Shown here piece by piece: positions 1 to 10,301 of a DNA stretch of 50,775 nucleotides (positions within the stretch are counted from its first letter, which is position 1; every line of letters starts with the position of its first letter). The translations under genes and the position numbers were made by a program. Below the pieces are notes generated by a model that saw only the letters and a list, made by a program, of their open reading frames with translations, searched no databases and was not told where the DNA came from. The DNA is from Hydrurus foetidus (lineage: Eukaryota), in contig UYFQ01000833.1 of the NCBI GenBank assembly GCA_900617105.1, positions 1 through 50,775 of the forward strand, given 5' to 3'.

Positions 1-1148
1 TCACTGAATATATCAGCGAATTCAGAACAGAGAGTACGGAGATCCTTTTGAAGGCTTTCATCTCCTTCAAAATGGATCTGAGACAAGAAATCATCCGGCC
101 CGTTGGGCGGTACATTCCGGCACGTCTTGTCACGCAAGAAAGGTGCGAAGGTATCAGTTTTATCATCGTCAATCTCGTCAACGGAGAGTGCGACACCGCT
201 TGGCCATATGGCTTCCGCGTCATAGTCTGATGTAACAGTGTCCCCAGAGGTATGTGTGAGGATGGGAATCGAGTCACCATCTAGGTGCGGGGTATCACCC
301 GTACGTTTCGCGAGTACAGTCGAGACACTGTCCAGTCGCTGACAACCCACATCACCACATGGACTTTGGGTAGCTACTCCCTTGGTACCATCCTGGGTAA
401 CGTTACACGTGAACGTTGTATGACAATCTGACCCTACGACTTCCTTGGTTAGAGGTGCGTGCAGAATGGCCTTCTTAGGTGTTGGCATTGGGCAGAGACC
501 GTATGGTTCTTTCCGATCCGAAAGTCTTGCTTTGGTGATACCCTTTAACATATCGTATGTTGGTGTAATCGACTCCACTTCCGGTTCTTCGGGTATAAAA
601 CCCTCAGATATCACACGTCTGGTGTACTTGTGCCAGTGAAGCGGGTCAAGCTTGGCTATCGCTTCCCTTTCTTCAAACTCGAGCCAACGAGCATCACGCT
701 TTCTTTTGTTCTCGGCACTAAGCTCGGGAGAAATACCAAAAGCGAAAGGTGTTAATGACATAAAATCATATTTATTTACAGTTTTTCGACTTAGTAAAAG
801 TTCAATGTCTGTGTTCCTATTAACCCGCATCGTTAAAGGGATGGTATGACATTCGCCGTCATAAGAATGAAATTTAAGAATTAAATCAATCATTTCGTTA
901 TTTATATAGCACTGGCCATCGAGACCAGAGCAAACAGTAATGGGTTTAGAAGCTGTATAACAGTCATGTTTAGCATTCAACTTATCAATCATCGTGAAAG
1001 AAATAAAATCCTCGGAGTAATTGGCGGTATCGAGTACGGCCTTGCCCACAACGCGTCGTACGCTAGATTGGCGCTCCTTATCCTTATCCTGTATCAAAAC
1101 CGTTACGTTGAGATGGTCAGAAGGTAGAATTGATGGATCATGCAAAAT
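1..1148 (-). CDS. pol: Gypsy Pol N-terminus (aspartic protease and linker), in the -1 frame relative to gag, incomplete at the window edge
   Basis: Manual translation gives ILHDPSILPSDHLNV...GKAVLDTANYSEDFISF...VCSGLDGQCY. It is probably absent from the ORF track because it has no stop inside the window; I did not check every codon. Confidence 0.75.
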   Translation of the reverse strand, partial: MLHDPSILPSDHLNVTVLIQDKDKERQSSVRRVVGKAVLDTANYSEDFISFTMIDKLNAKHDCYTASKPITVCSGLDGQCYINNEMIDLILKFHSYDGECHTIPLTMRVNRNTDIELLLSRKTVNKYDFMSLTPFAFGISPELSAENKRKRDARWLEFEEREAIAKLDPLHWHKYTRRVISEGFIPEEPEVESITPTYDMLKGITKARLSDRKEPYGLCPMPTPKKAILHAPLTKEVVGSDCHTTFTCNVTQDGTKGVATQSPCGDVGCQRLDSVSTVLAKRTGDTPHLDGDSIPILTHTSGDTVTSDYDAEAIWPSGVALSVDEIDDDKTDTFAPFLRDKTCRNVPPNGPDDFLSQIHFEGDESLQKDLRTLCSEFADIFS

Positions 1149-2671
1149 TCATCGGGAATAATTGCTGAAATGACCGATGCAGTAATGCATGATACTGAAT
1201 GTTCTATGTCAGTGACATCAGATGAATCGACATCAGGATCATATGTACCTTGTTGGTTTGCAGAGCCGTTGCTCGCGTTGTTATCCCCTTGGGGTGGGTT
1301 GTATCGACCCCCTCGAGGGTTTTTACCTTGATACCCTCTGCCACCACCTTGGTTACCCGCCGAACTGGGGTTTCCTTGGTTGCGGTTTTGGTTGTTTTGG
1401 TTACCGTAACCTTGGTTGTTTTGGTTTCCGGAACCGTGGTTCTGGTTACCTTGGTTTTGATTCCCGCGGTTTCCCGAACCTTGGTTTTGGTTCCCCTGAT
1501 TTGGGTTGAACCCTTTACCTCCACCCTGGTTACCCTTGTGCTTCTTGTTATTGCACATCAAGTAAGGGGGTGCCCCTGCAGGGTGGAATCTCTCCCTGGT
1601 TTCGAACCCAGGTAGGATGAGTCTTTCCTGCCACATAACTTCACCTTGTGCCAGCCATGCCTTACCCACAAACGAATCAGACCAGTTACAGCCGTGATCG
1701 TTGTTGGTATCGGAATAGTACATGACTGTACAATCTGCTAGAATATGTGCAGGGTTTCCGCATGAGCGACAAACCCGGGCAGCGGACACTAACGGTTCGT
1801 CAAGTGTCGAACGTACCGCTAGGTTGCTACTCCCACTTGGGATATCTACATCACGTATAGCCAGTGTGCTCGCCCTCTTTTTAGTAGAGCGGGGAGGAGG
1901 GACTGCTGTACTCGGAAACGAGTAGACAATGTCAGGGTTGCCATAACTCCTGCTCATGAGAATGGCGTCGCGAGCCGCCGTGACGACCGCGATAATGCGC
2001 AACATGGCGACTTCCCACGTCTTGGGGGACTCATTGTCACGTGCTTTGTGAGCGACGTAATCACCCAAGATTCGGCTCCCTCGAGGGAGTCGTTTCTCAA
2101 GAATCGCTATCAACTCGGCATGCTGAGATGCGGTGATATGACGGACACGTTCGTGATCCGTGGCGATCTCTTTGTACGCCATGTACGTTACTAACTCTTC
2201 CTCATCGGAGGAAAGAGAGTAGTGGAAGGGGACCTTAGCAAACAGTTCTGCTAAGGTATGATCCCCTTGTTTGTTCTTGCAAAAGTATTGCATTACCAAC
2301 TTGCCAACACTCTCTATCGGAAGGAGGTTTTGCCAATTAAGGCGTTGCTCGTTGGTAATAACTGCCAGTGTCGACTGATCAGTTAAGATTTTAACATGAA
2401 GCAAATCGATTGCTTGACGTTGCATGCATTGTTTAATATGCAAGTGAGGTAAGCGTTGTGCTTGCTCATAGAATTCTTCAGCATCCTGCGGAGTAATATA
2501 ATCTCCCCGTAGGATGAATATCTCACGCTGGATCTGAAGCGTCTGGGGAAACCCCATGCTTGACGATTGTGAGCTTTGTGAGACGTTAAGGATGTTTCCT
2601 TCCTCATCAATGTCATGCTCGTTGTCTGGCTCGTTTGGCTCAGGCTCAGGATGTAGACCGTCGTCTTCCAT
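1103..2671 (-). CDS. gag: Gypsy Gag with zinc knuckle
   Basis: 522 aa ORF containing CRSCGNPAHILADC (CX2CX4HX4C) followed by a G/N/Q-rich tail. Confidence 0.85.
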   Translation of the reverse strand: MEDDGLHPEPEPNEPDNEHDIDEEGNILNVSQSSQSSSMGFPQTLQIQREIFILRGDYITPQDAEEFYEQAQRLPHLHIKQCMQRQAIDLLHVKILTDQSTLAVITNEQRLNWQNLLPIESVGKLVMQYFCKNKQGDHTLAELFAKVPFHYSLSSDEEELVTYMAYKEIATDHERVRHITASQHAELIAILEKRLPRGSRILGDYVAHKARDNESPKTWEVAMLRIIAVVTAARDAILMSRSYGNPDIVYSFPSTAVPPPRSTKKRASTLAIRDVDIPSGSSNLAVRSTLDEPLVSAARVCRSCGNPAHILADCTVMYYSDTNNDHGCNWSDSFVGKAWLAQGEVMWQERLILPGFETRERFHPAGAPPYLMCNNKKHKGNQGGGKGFNPNQGNQNQGSGNRGNQNQGNQNHGSGNQNNQGYGNQNNQNRNQGNPSSAGNQGGGRGYQGKNPRGGRYNPPQGDNNASNGSANQQGTYDPDVDSSDVTDIEHSVSCITASVISAIIPDEFCMIHQFYLLTIST

Positions 2672-3445
2672 CTCCTATCGTAGGATGAGCAGTCGATATA
2701 AATCGAGTTGTATCGAAGCGCGGACGAGCTTTCCTCGTCAAAAATTTTTGCGAGAGCTTCGCCTCGTTCGCGTATCGGGTACTTTACGCAAGTAACAGCG
2801 AATGAGATGATTTCAACCCACTCTTGTCGAGAAAAATTCTATGGCGTGGAAGCCGAATTTTGGGTGATAGAAAATTTGGTGTCCTGTTAAGGATGAAGGA
2901 AGAACTCCCTGTCGACCAAAAGACGTCCTTAGACTAATCTGATGTCGCTAGCAGTGGAACCGGTGTCCAAATTGCCAGTGGAGAACTCCTTAATTTCGAG
3001 TTGGGAAGCCTCTCGGGACTTCGACCAAAAACGAACTTTTGAAATCACCTTTCGGAGGGTTTCAAGCAGGAAGCGGCTAAGCCAAACTCCTGTAAACTTA
3101 AACTAAGTTCTCGGAGCTTCGGGCTCAGCGAGAAAACGACTCCTCGGAAGTCGTGGAGTGAATCTACTCCTTTGGAAGTCTATCTAAAGTTTGGGACGAG
3201 TAGATAGGTAGAAAGAGAAGCGAAGGAGGATGAGCGGGAATAGCGCTATTATGGCTCGAATGGGAAAAGGAAGAGGTGGAAGGCTAGAGAGGTAGTTAGT
3301 TACAGCTAGAAAGCTAGAAGCTAGGGTGAACTTCTACGTGGAGGCTGTAAGTGGCTACGACGATACAACAGACTGTAGTGTACGGTGAGTAGTGTACCGT
3401 AGTACTATCCGGTAGGATCGGGACCTTGGACCCGGAACTACCACA

Positions 3446-6271
3446 CGCTTCGCCAAGTACAGCATCTTTGCAACGTGGCGGTGGAAGCGCACACGCTGCT
3501 CCTCTGTGGCCGCATCTGCGTCCTCTCTCACATCGAACAGTCCCGCTGTGGCTGGCGTTCGTGCACCCCCCATCGTCCCGCTCTCCCTCAGCATGTCCTC
3601 CACATATCCGGTCATCGACACTCGCGCGACACCTGCAATTGAAAGATCGAATACCATACCAAGGTAGTTCACGACAGGTCCATCTTTTCTCGTGATGTCT
3701 CCATACCTTTTTATCAGACCAGTCGCCACCGACTCGATCATCTCACTGCTGACGCTAGTGATCATGAGATCATCTACGTGCACCGCTATGGTACACTGCA
3801 TCCCGCATTCGTCACGCTTGTTGAACACGCACATGTCGTGCGCATTTGGTGAGTACCCCAACTCGGACAGGCTCACCCTCAGGTTCTCGTACCATAGCGC
3901 GGCTGACTCCACGCACCCGTATAGCGCCTTGTCTAGCCGTACCACTATACACCCCTTGCGAGTACTGGGGAGCCAGGCGAATCATCATATTCGACATGTT
4001 TTTGTCCAGCCTCATATGCACCGGAACCCCTGTGTCCATATCAGCATTGAGGAATGCGCCGCTGATGTCTAGCACCGTAATATTTCTCCTCTCATGCGCC
4101 GCTATGCTTAGGAGCGTGAACACCGAACTAGTCGCCACCGTTGGCGCGGACAGATCATCGTACAGGTCGCGGTCTTGCTGATCCCCCCCTGCAACTAGTC
4201 GCGCCTTCAGCTTCTCGAACTCCCCACTAGCTAGGAACTTCTCCTTCAAGAACATGCTTGATCGGATGATCCGGTGCTTCTCGTCCCACGATAACCCCTT
4301 CACGTCGACCGGCTCCCACACCTTCTTGTCGACCATCTGTTTCAGCTCCTTCTCTATCACGCTCACCGCCGCGTCACCCCTTGTCCGCAGCGCTTCGTTG
4401 ACCGATATATTCAACACATAGTCTCCCCAGTCCGTCCCTTCCCCTCCGTAGTCACGGGTCAGCAGCGCTGCTCCTTGCCCATTCCTGAAGTAGTCCATAA
4501 TATCGTCTCGCTTCATCCCCTGCTGCGGATGACTGCTTTGCTCTTGCTCGTCCAACTCACAGTTCCCTGCAGTATAATCTACCGGTACTCCCCTCTCGTC
4601 CACTGATCCGTTTGCATGATCTCGGTCATCATGCGGCCCGGCCCGCATTCTGTTCATGCTCTCCACTAGGCTGTCCATCGCTGGATCAGGCTCACTCACC
4701 GGCTCGTCTGCTATATATTCCCCATATTGTCCCACTTCGCCACTCTGGTCACGCTCACTCACAGCATTCCCGCTGTCTATGTACTCACCCACATCGTCGT
4801 CTCTAACCTCCCCGCCGTCTGCTCTCCCATCGACCAGCTCCTGCTCTTCTTCTCCCTCTAGCGGTATCAACGATGGGTCCACACCGTTGTTCACCGTCGA
4901 TTGGATTCTGTCTGGAAGTCCCCTCTTTGCGTCTCCATCTTGCTCGTACGATGTCGGCCGTACGTACAGTTCGCCTTTCCCCTTCACTCTCCCGTCGGCT
5001 AGCGCAAGCTCATTGAGTCGCTTGATTACCGATTCCGGCATAGGCATTACTTGGAACTGGTCTCTGTTAACCAAGTGTCCGGTGGCGAGCGATAGGAATC
5101 TCACTGTCCCCGACCGATTCCCGAGCGCAAGCATTGCCACGCAGTCCTCGGTTCGACTCTTGAACCCCGCATCCGTGTTAGGCACTGTGCATTGCGCGTA
5201 GTCTCCGAACGAAATCCTGAAGTCTCGCTTCCCATCCGGCTTCCTGCCTATGAACGCTTCGCGCGGGCTGGGGCCCCATTCGCGTAATCCGGTCGGCTCG
5301 TAGTTCAACCTGGAGATACAGTACAGTACACACATCGCGATACCCACAGTCGAAAGAGTGAAGGGTAAGTGGTACGCTACGTGAGCACGCACCCTTTCCT
5401 TGATCACTCGGATTCTTCGCTCAATCCTAGCGACGTGGCTGCCAGCTCCGCTCACATCCACTTCGACTCCGAGCTTTCCCAACTCGTCGACCAGGCTCAC
5501 GACCGCTCCCTCTCCATCGCTCATGATCACGGATGTGCGAAAGTTTTGCGAGGCGAGGACTCCCAGGAAGTGATTGATTCCTTTCTTCACGACGCCTGCA
5601 GTCCTCGCAGGCTTCTTGAGATCTACTGCGTTAAGGCTATATCCAATAGTTAGTCCAAGAGGTGTAGCTACCCCTACTAGTATAGATAATTTCTCTATAA
5701 ACATGATATCTATCGACAGCACCTGATCCCTTTGCAAGATTTTTGTGCTGACGGTGATATCGGGGACAGGTGAAGCTCTCTTGGTAGTCTTCCCCTTCAA
5801 TGAGGCTATGTCCTTCCCCCATATCGCGTCAGCGATCTGAAAGTCTCTCGCCGTAGCATCGAAGTTGCTCCCACAGTTTATGATCCTCATCGCCTGTTCC
5901 ACCGTCGGAAACCCCATTCTGGCCAGGAGTTCTCTAGCTCTCCTCGCCTGCTCTACCTCGCGTTTCGTAAACGCCTTAATGTTCTGGACAACCGTAGCCA
6001 CTAGGGCTTTGTCGTGCTGAGCTTCTCGCCAATCACACGAATAGAATCTCCCCTCGCTCCCGACGACACGTTTCCTTCCGAAGCGAAAGATCCTCGTGCT
6101 TCCCTTCGGCTGAAGAGTGAAGCAGTCGCTCAGGTGGTCGTAACGGATCGACGCACCTGAGTCGACTTGCGAAGCAAACGAAAGGATGTTCGCTGAGGCT
6201 GATTCACTGTAGTACACTGTCCCAAACTCGCCGAACTCTCCCCCATGATCCACTTTAACCCCTCCTCCCTG
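3446..6271 (-). pseudogene. pol: Copia Pol (integrase and reverse transcriptase), frameshifted near 3955 and truncated at 3446
   Basis: IN DDE motifs IDIMF / SDGE / IERRIRVIKER. RT motifs KARLVAGG, LDISGAFLNA, KALYG, HVDD, LYLAKR. No RNase H within the window. Confidence 0.9.
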
Positions 6272-7609
6272 CTAAATTCCGCTCACTCTGATGGTCGTCC
6301 CAGATTTCCTCAGGTCTGTAAGTAGATCCGCGTTGCTGAAGATGTTGAGTGATGCTACGTTGTCTAGCAAAACGTCGAACCTCGAGAAGTTGTATATCTC
6401 ATCTGAAGCGAGCAGCGCTACTCCCCATTCGCTAGGCTCTCCCTCATACTCGTCATCTGATTCTGCCACTGCTACGTGGACTTTGTCTAACGGTTGCTTC
6501 TTTTGTGGGCAGTCCCTTGCATAGTGCCCCTTTGTTTCACATTTGAAACATTCTACGTCTGCTAAGGATTTCTTGCTGCCCCCTCCGGCTTTCCCCGCTT
6601 TCTTCTCCGGATCCTTAGCTGCTGTGACATGTGCACCTTCGGTAACGTACGCTGCACCGGCCGGTGGTGGTGGTGTGGGTGTGGTAGTGGTGGACCCCTC
6701 GTTCCATTGGGAAGCGATGTGGAAAGCTAGGGCGAGTGTGGATGGGAACGCACCCGGCTTGCGTCGGAGTGCATCGTGCTTCATGTCGTCCATCATGATC
6801 TTGTACCGCCGGGTATCTAGCTTTCCTAGGAAGTCCAAAGCTCGTTTTGACTCCGACATCGCTGCTATCCCCACGGCACAATTTGCCGTCACCTGTTCAT
6901 CGAATCGATTCTTGAATGTGACAATGTGTTCTCTCTCACCTTGTCTCATAGACCCGTACTTACTCTCCTGCTCGTGTTGGTTAAACTCTTGCAGTGCCTC
7001 GTCGCCACCATACATGTGGGTGAGATGAGTCCTTCTGATCAGTGTCCATAGGAGAACGCAGTCCAATGTAAGGTATGCTGTCCTATACTCCTCTTCCTCC
7101 TTCACCCTACTCTGGGATAGGAGCGACATACGTTTCCACATCATGGGGTACATCGTACGTTCGTTCTCACGCTGCGTTTTAACGTCCTTCTTCCTTTGGA
7201 TATAGTCGTCTTCTTTGAACTTCGCTTTCGAGCGTTCGGACGCTTTGCGTTTTCTTTCGTTTTTCGCCAGTCTGGCTGCACGTCGTGCCGGTCTGGCAGC
7301 AGCGTAAGCTACGACCTCTGGGTCCGGTTCCAGTTGACCGCCTGGTCTCTCGTCTTCTGACTCCGAACTTGAGCATTCCGATGACGAATCCGCAGGGTAG
7401 TCCCTGTAGGTAAGTCTCGGTGGCTCATATCGGACATCCGTGGTGAAGAACATCCCCACGATTCCATACAATTCGGTCACTACCGTCTGCATGTGTTCTC
7501 TCCATTTGATTATGTTGTTGTATTTCCCATATTGAAGCGTACACTCCTCTGTACTTTTGAAAGCTTCTTGGGCTCGTTTGGGAGGCATTGGAATGCCTAC
7601 GCCAGTCAA
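6272..7609 (-). CDS. gag: Copia Gag plus N-terminal half of the protease
   Basis: Knuckle CFKCETKGHYARDC and protease-like VLLDNVASLNIF. Ends in an in-frame TAG, after which pol continues in the same frame. Confidence 0.88.
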   Translation of the reverse strand: MTGVGIPMPPKRAQEAFKSTEECTLQYGKYNNIIKWREHMQTVVTELYGIVGMFFTTDVRYEPPRLTYRDYPADSSSECSSSESEDERPGGQLEPDPEVVAYAAARPARRAARLAKNERKRKASERSKAKFKEDDYIQRKKDVKTQRENERTMYPMMWKRMSLLSQSRVKEEEEYRTAYLTLDCVLLWTLIRRTHLTHMYGGDEALQEFNQHEQESKYGSMRQGEREHIVTFKNRFDEQVTANCAVGIAAMSESKRALDFLGKLDTRRYKIMMDDMKHDALRRKPGAFPSTLALAFHIASQWNEGSTTTTPTPPPPAGAAYVTEGAHVTAAKDPEKKAGKAGGGSKKSLADVECFKCETKGHYARDCPQKKQPLDKVHVAVAESDDEYEGEPSEWGVALLASDEIYNFSRFDVLLDNVASLNIFSNADLLTDLRKSGTTIRVSGI

Positions 7610-7721
7610 TTATGTTGACGGATCTTCGGTTTGCTAAGTCACGTACGGTGCTCAGTGTACGTCGGTTGAAGAACGCTCGGTCAAGGCTCGTGAAATAAGC
7701 TCTGGTTTGACAGTAATCACT

Positions 7722-7940
7722 TGTTAATTGACTGTGCTTCATCCCTGCTGAAGCCCCGAGTCCCTTTCAATACAACAGCAGCAGCCACTAATAATCTACT
7801 TGAAGTTCACAGACGATGCGCGGGCCCACTCATCGTCGTCACGCACACACACACACACACACACATAATAGTCCGTACGGCTGTACGAATGCATAAGTAC
7901 ACATATTGTGTCCGTGTCATAAACTAGAATAATCCCAACA
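7722..7940 (-). repeat. Copia 5' LTR (219 bp), contains a (CA)n tract
   Basis: Minus strand reads TGTTGGGA...TTAACA, about 110 bp upstream of the gag ORF. The partner LTR is not in the window. Confidence 0.7.
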
Positions 7941-8068
7941 AGGGTTTCTGAATATTTTTGAAGTTACATCATGCACTTGCCAACACACACACACACGTAC
8001 AGTACACAGTACACAGTACACACGCCTGAAACTTGTGGGTGAGTACGAGTAGAGTGGGAGACCCTTAA

Positions 8069-8561
8069 TTAGGCTTGAGATTCTTGAGGCTTGATAGCCA
8101 TGCATTTTGAGATTCTTTGTGTGCTGTAGGCACTTTCGAAATGTGTAATGACCATCATATTTTGTCCTGTAAAACGGTTGCGGCATAGTTTGCACTCGTA
8201 CTTTTTATTTCCTCTGAGTTGTTCAATGACCCATGCATACCGGACAACAGGCTCTGTTGATTGAATGATACCAGCAGCAACATCATGAGGAGGGACAAGG
8301 TGCACGGGTCTTTCAGCTACCGCACTAGCACTTTCTTGTCTTGCGTTCGAAAAAGCACTCATGATCGTATGTGACTAAACGCTAAATGCAATTAGTTGTG
8401 TAAGTGACTGATAATTCAGAAATCAAGTAGCAAGGTCCCTCAATAGTCGTGTCCAGAAATACCCCTAAAGTAACGGTGTTTTGCATATGTGGAAGGTCCT
8501 GCCTATATAAGCGCATATATAGGCATAATTTGTTCTTGCATATATATGCGCTTATGCCCTA
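8069..8561 (-). mobile_element. hAT-like DNA transposon 5' remnant with BED-type zinc finger
   Basis: TAGGG terminus at 8561 (-). A 15-bp subterminal inverted repeat lies at 8507-8521/8541-8555. ORF 8069-8362 has W...YECKLC...THF...SKC, a BED-finger-like pattern. Confidence 0.5.
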
Positions 8562-8571
8562 CGCAGTTAAT

Positions 8572-8778
8572 TAGAGTGTTTGCGATTTCGTTTTTTTTTC
8601 AAAAACGACTTTTAAAGTCGTCTTCTTCAAAGTCGTTTTTCCCAAAAAAAAATGAAAAGGTACCACAGAAAACGAGTTCGGCCCTCTTGACCGACAAAGT
8701 CGTTCTTAAATTTTTTTTTCGGTAAAAGACGACTTTGAAGGTCGTTTTTGAAAAAAAAACGAAATCGCAGACACTCTA
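8572..8778. mobile_element. MITE (207 bp) with ~53-bp terminal inverted repeats
   Basis: TAGAGTGTTTGCGATTTCG(T)nCAAAAACGAC... is mirrored by ...GTCGTTTTTG(A)nCGAAATCGCAGACACTCTA. A TA at each end could be a TSD. No 8-bp TSD. Confidence 0.8.
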
Positions 8779-10301
8779 TTTCTTTTTTAAAAACTCTAGT
8801 TAAGGACGATTTTTTTGTGAAATAAATTACCGTTGGAAGCGTTTATTGGGACCAGTGAAAAGCACGGAAATCAAATCAGGAATACGGAAATTGGATCATA
8901 CGAAAAATTTTATTACGGAAATAGCACATCTGGGATCTCAGATTATTTGTGACTTCAATGGTTTTTAAAACTATCTTACGGTTAAACTATCTTACGGTTC
9001 ACCGGTCAACCTAGCTTTAACGGTTTATTTTAACCGTTTCTGGCCAGATTCGGCCAGTTGCAGAATCCGCTTCACGGAAATGGAGCCAAAATCGTACATT
9101 GACTTCTAGAATTGATTATTTGGAGACATTTAGACCCTAACTATAACGCCATTCCAGTCATCATGTTGAAATATTAGATATCCTACCTTATACTAGAGTA
9201 TCAGATGAGTACAGAAACGTACTCAGAAGTACCATCCGGTATGTATTCCGTGTACTAGAATTAATCTTGGAGAGCGGTTCTTAACTAGGTCCCCACTGTA
9301 CCGACGGTACAACGTTTCAGGTTTCAGGTGTGAGTGTACGTGTGTGTGTATTGGAACGTACGGTCCTCAATTACTGAAAATTATGCCTTCTGTTTTTGAT
9401 TTCTATGCAACCACTCATGTACGATGTAGTCATACTTGCATTGCAGTGGCATTGCAGTGGCAAATGACAGGCATATTAACTCTCCGTGATCAGTAGGCTG
9501 ATAATGCAACTTCAGATATGATCGAGGATGACCTCAAGGCGCCTGTGAGGGAAATATGAAACATTTTCAGTTCAACCAACAGGGGAGCACGTCTACTGAC
9601 GAAGGAGAGAAAAAAAGGGAAAAAGTCGACCTAATCGAATATCGGAGTGTAGACTTTGGTCGCATGACACTTGTATGTCCGACTAAGCAGTACAACGCGG
9701 GTGTACGTTTCTCCTACTGTATTATCATGTCTCTACTCTACTCATTCACGCACTTAACGACTTCATCTTAGTACTTGACATAATATAGACGAGTCCCTCC
9801 TGATGATTGTGTCCTCCAGACCACTCAGATGAGGTCTGGTCGAGTGCATGAACAGGGTATCAGAATGATCAGGGAGATTGAGATACATGCCACAACAGCT
9901 AGACCCCTTCCGCTAGATGTATTAAAATGGAAAATCGAAGACAGTCAAGAAGTTCACCAGAGTGATCTCTCATATTTGCTTGTACAGCAATTCAAAATAT
10001 TTAAAAATTTCATTTCATTCGTATTATTTAGTTTCTTGTTGCTACTTGGTATCAATTGAACGGACGTACAGTACATCTCACGGAGAATCGAAAAAAGTAA
10101 AACGGTTACATGACAGTGCCCTTCTATTACTTAATGCACACTTCGTGATTCCTGATAATTCTTTACAATTCTAACATCATCATAATTTCATCTTGTTCTC
10201 TTATCTACACTTTGTGTTCCACTATAGAATACACTCATGAAATCCGATAAATAAAATTGTTATTTCGAACCATGTACATCACGATCGCCTACGTCACGTC
10301 T

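Larger units (their letters stand above)
1..3445 (-). mobile_element. Ty3/Gypsy LTR retrotransposon, 5' part (LTR, gag, protease, start of RT region); runs off the left edge
   Basis: The minus strand starts TGTGGTAG at 3445, exactly where the Copia RT breaks. It has a gag with a CCHC knuckle, then protease and pre-RT peptides (VCSGLDGQCY; IHFEGDESLQKDLRTLCSEFADIFS). These match the Gypsy at 46.7-50.8 kb (VCSGLDNHCY; IHIAGDEDQKNKLRLLCNEFRDIFS). Confidence 0.88.
3446..7940 (-). mobile_element. Ty1/Copia LTR retrotransposon (5' LTR, gag, PR, IN, RT), interrupted at its RT by the Gypsy insertion
   Basis: Domain order is PR-IN-RT. The LTR-like block at 7722-7940 is bounded by TGTT...AACA. Confidence 0.92.

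Noticed and set aside
9829..9960. hAT dimerisation-domain remnant (EIEIH...DVLKWK)
   Set aside because: Faint resemblance only; the downstream conserved motif is absent.
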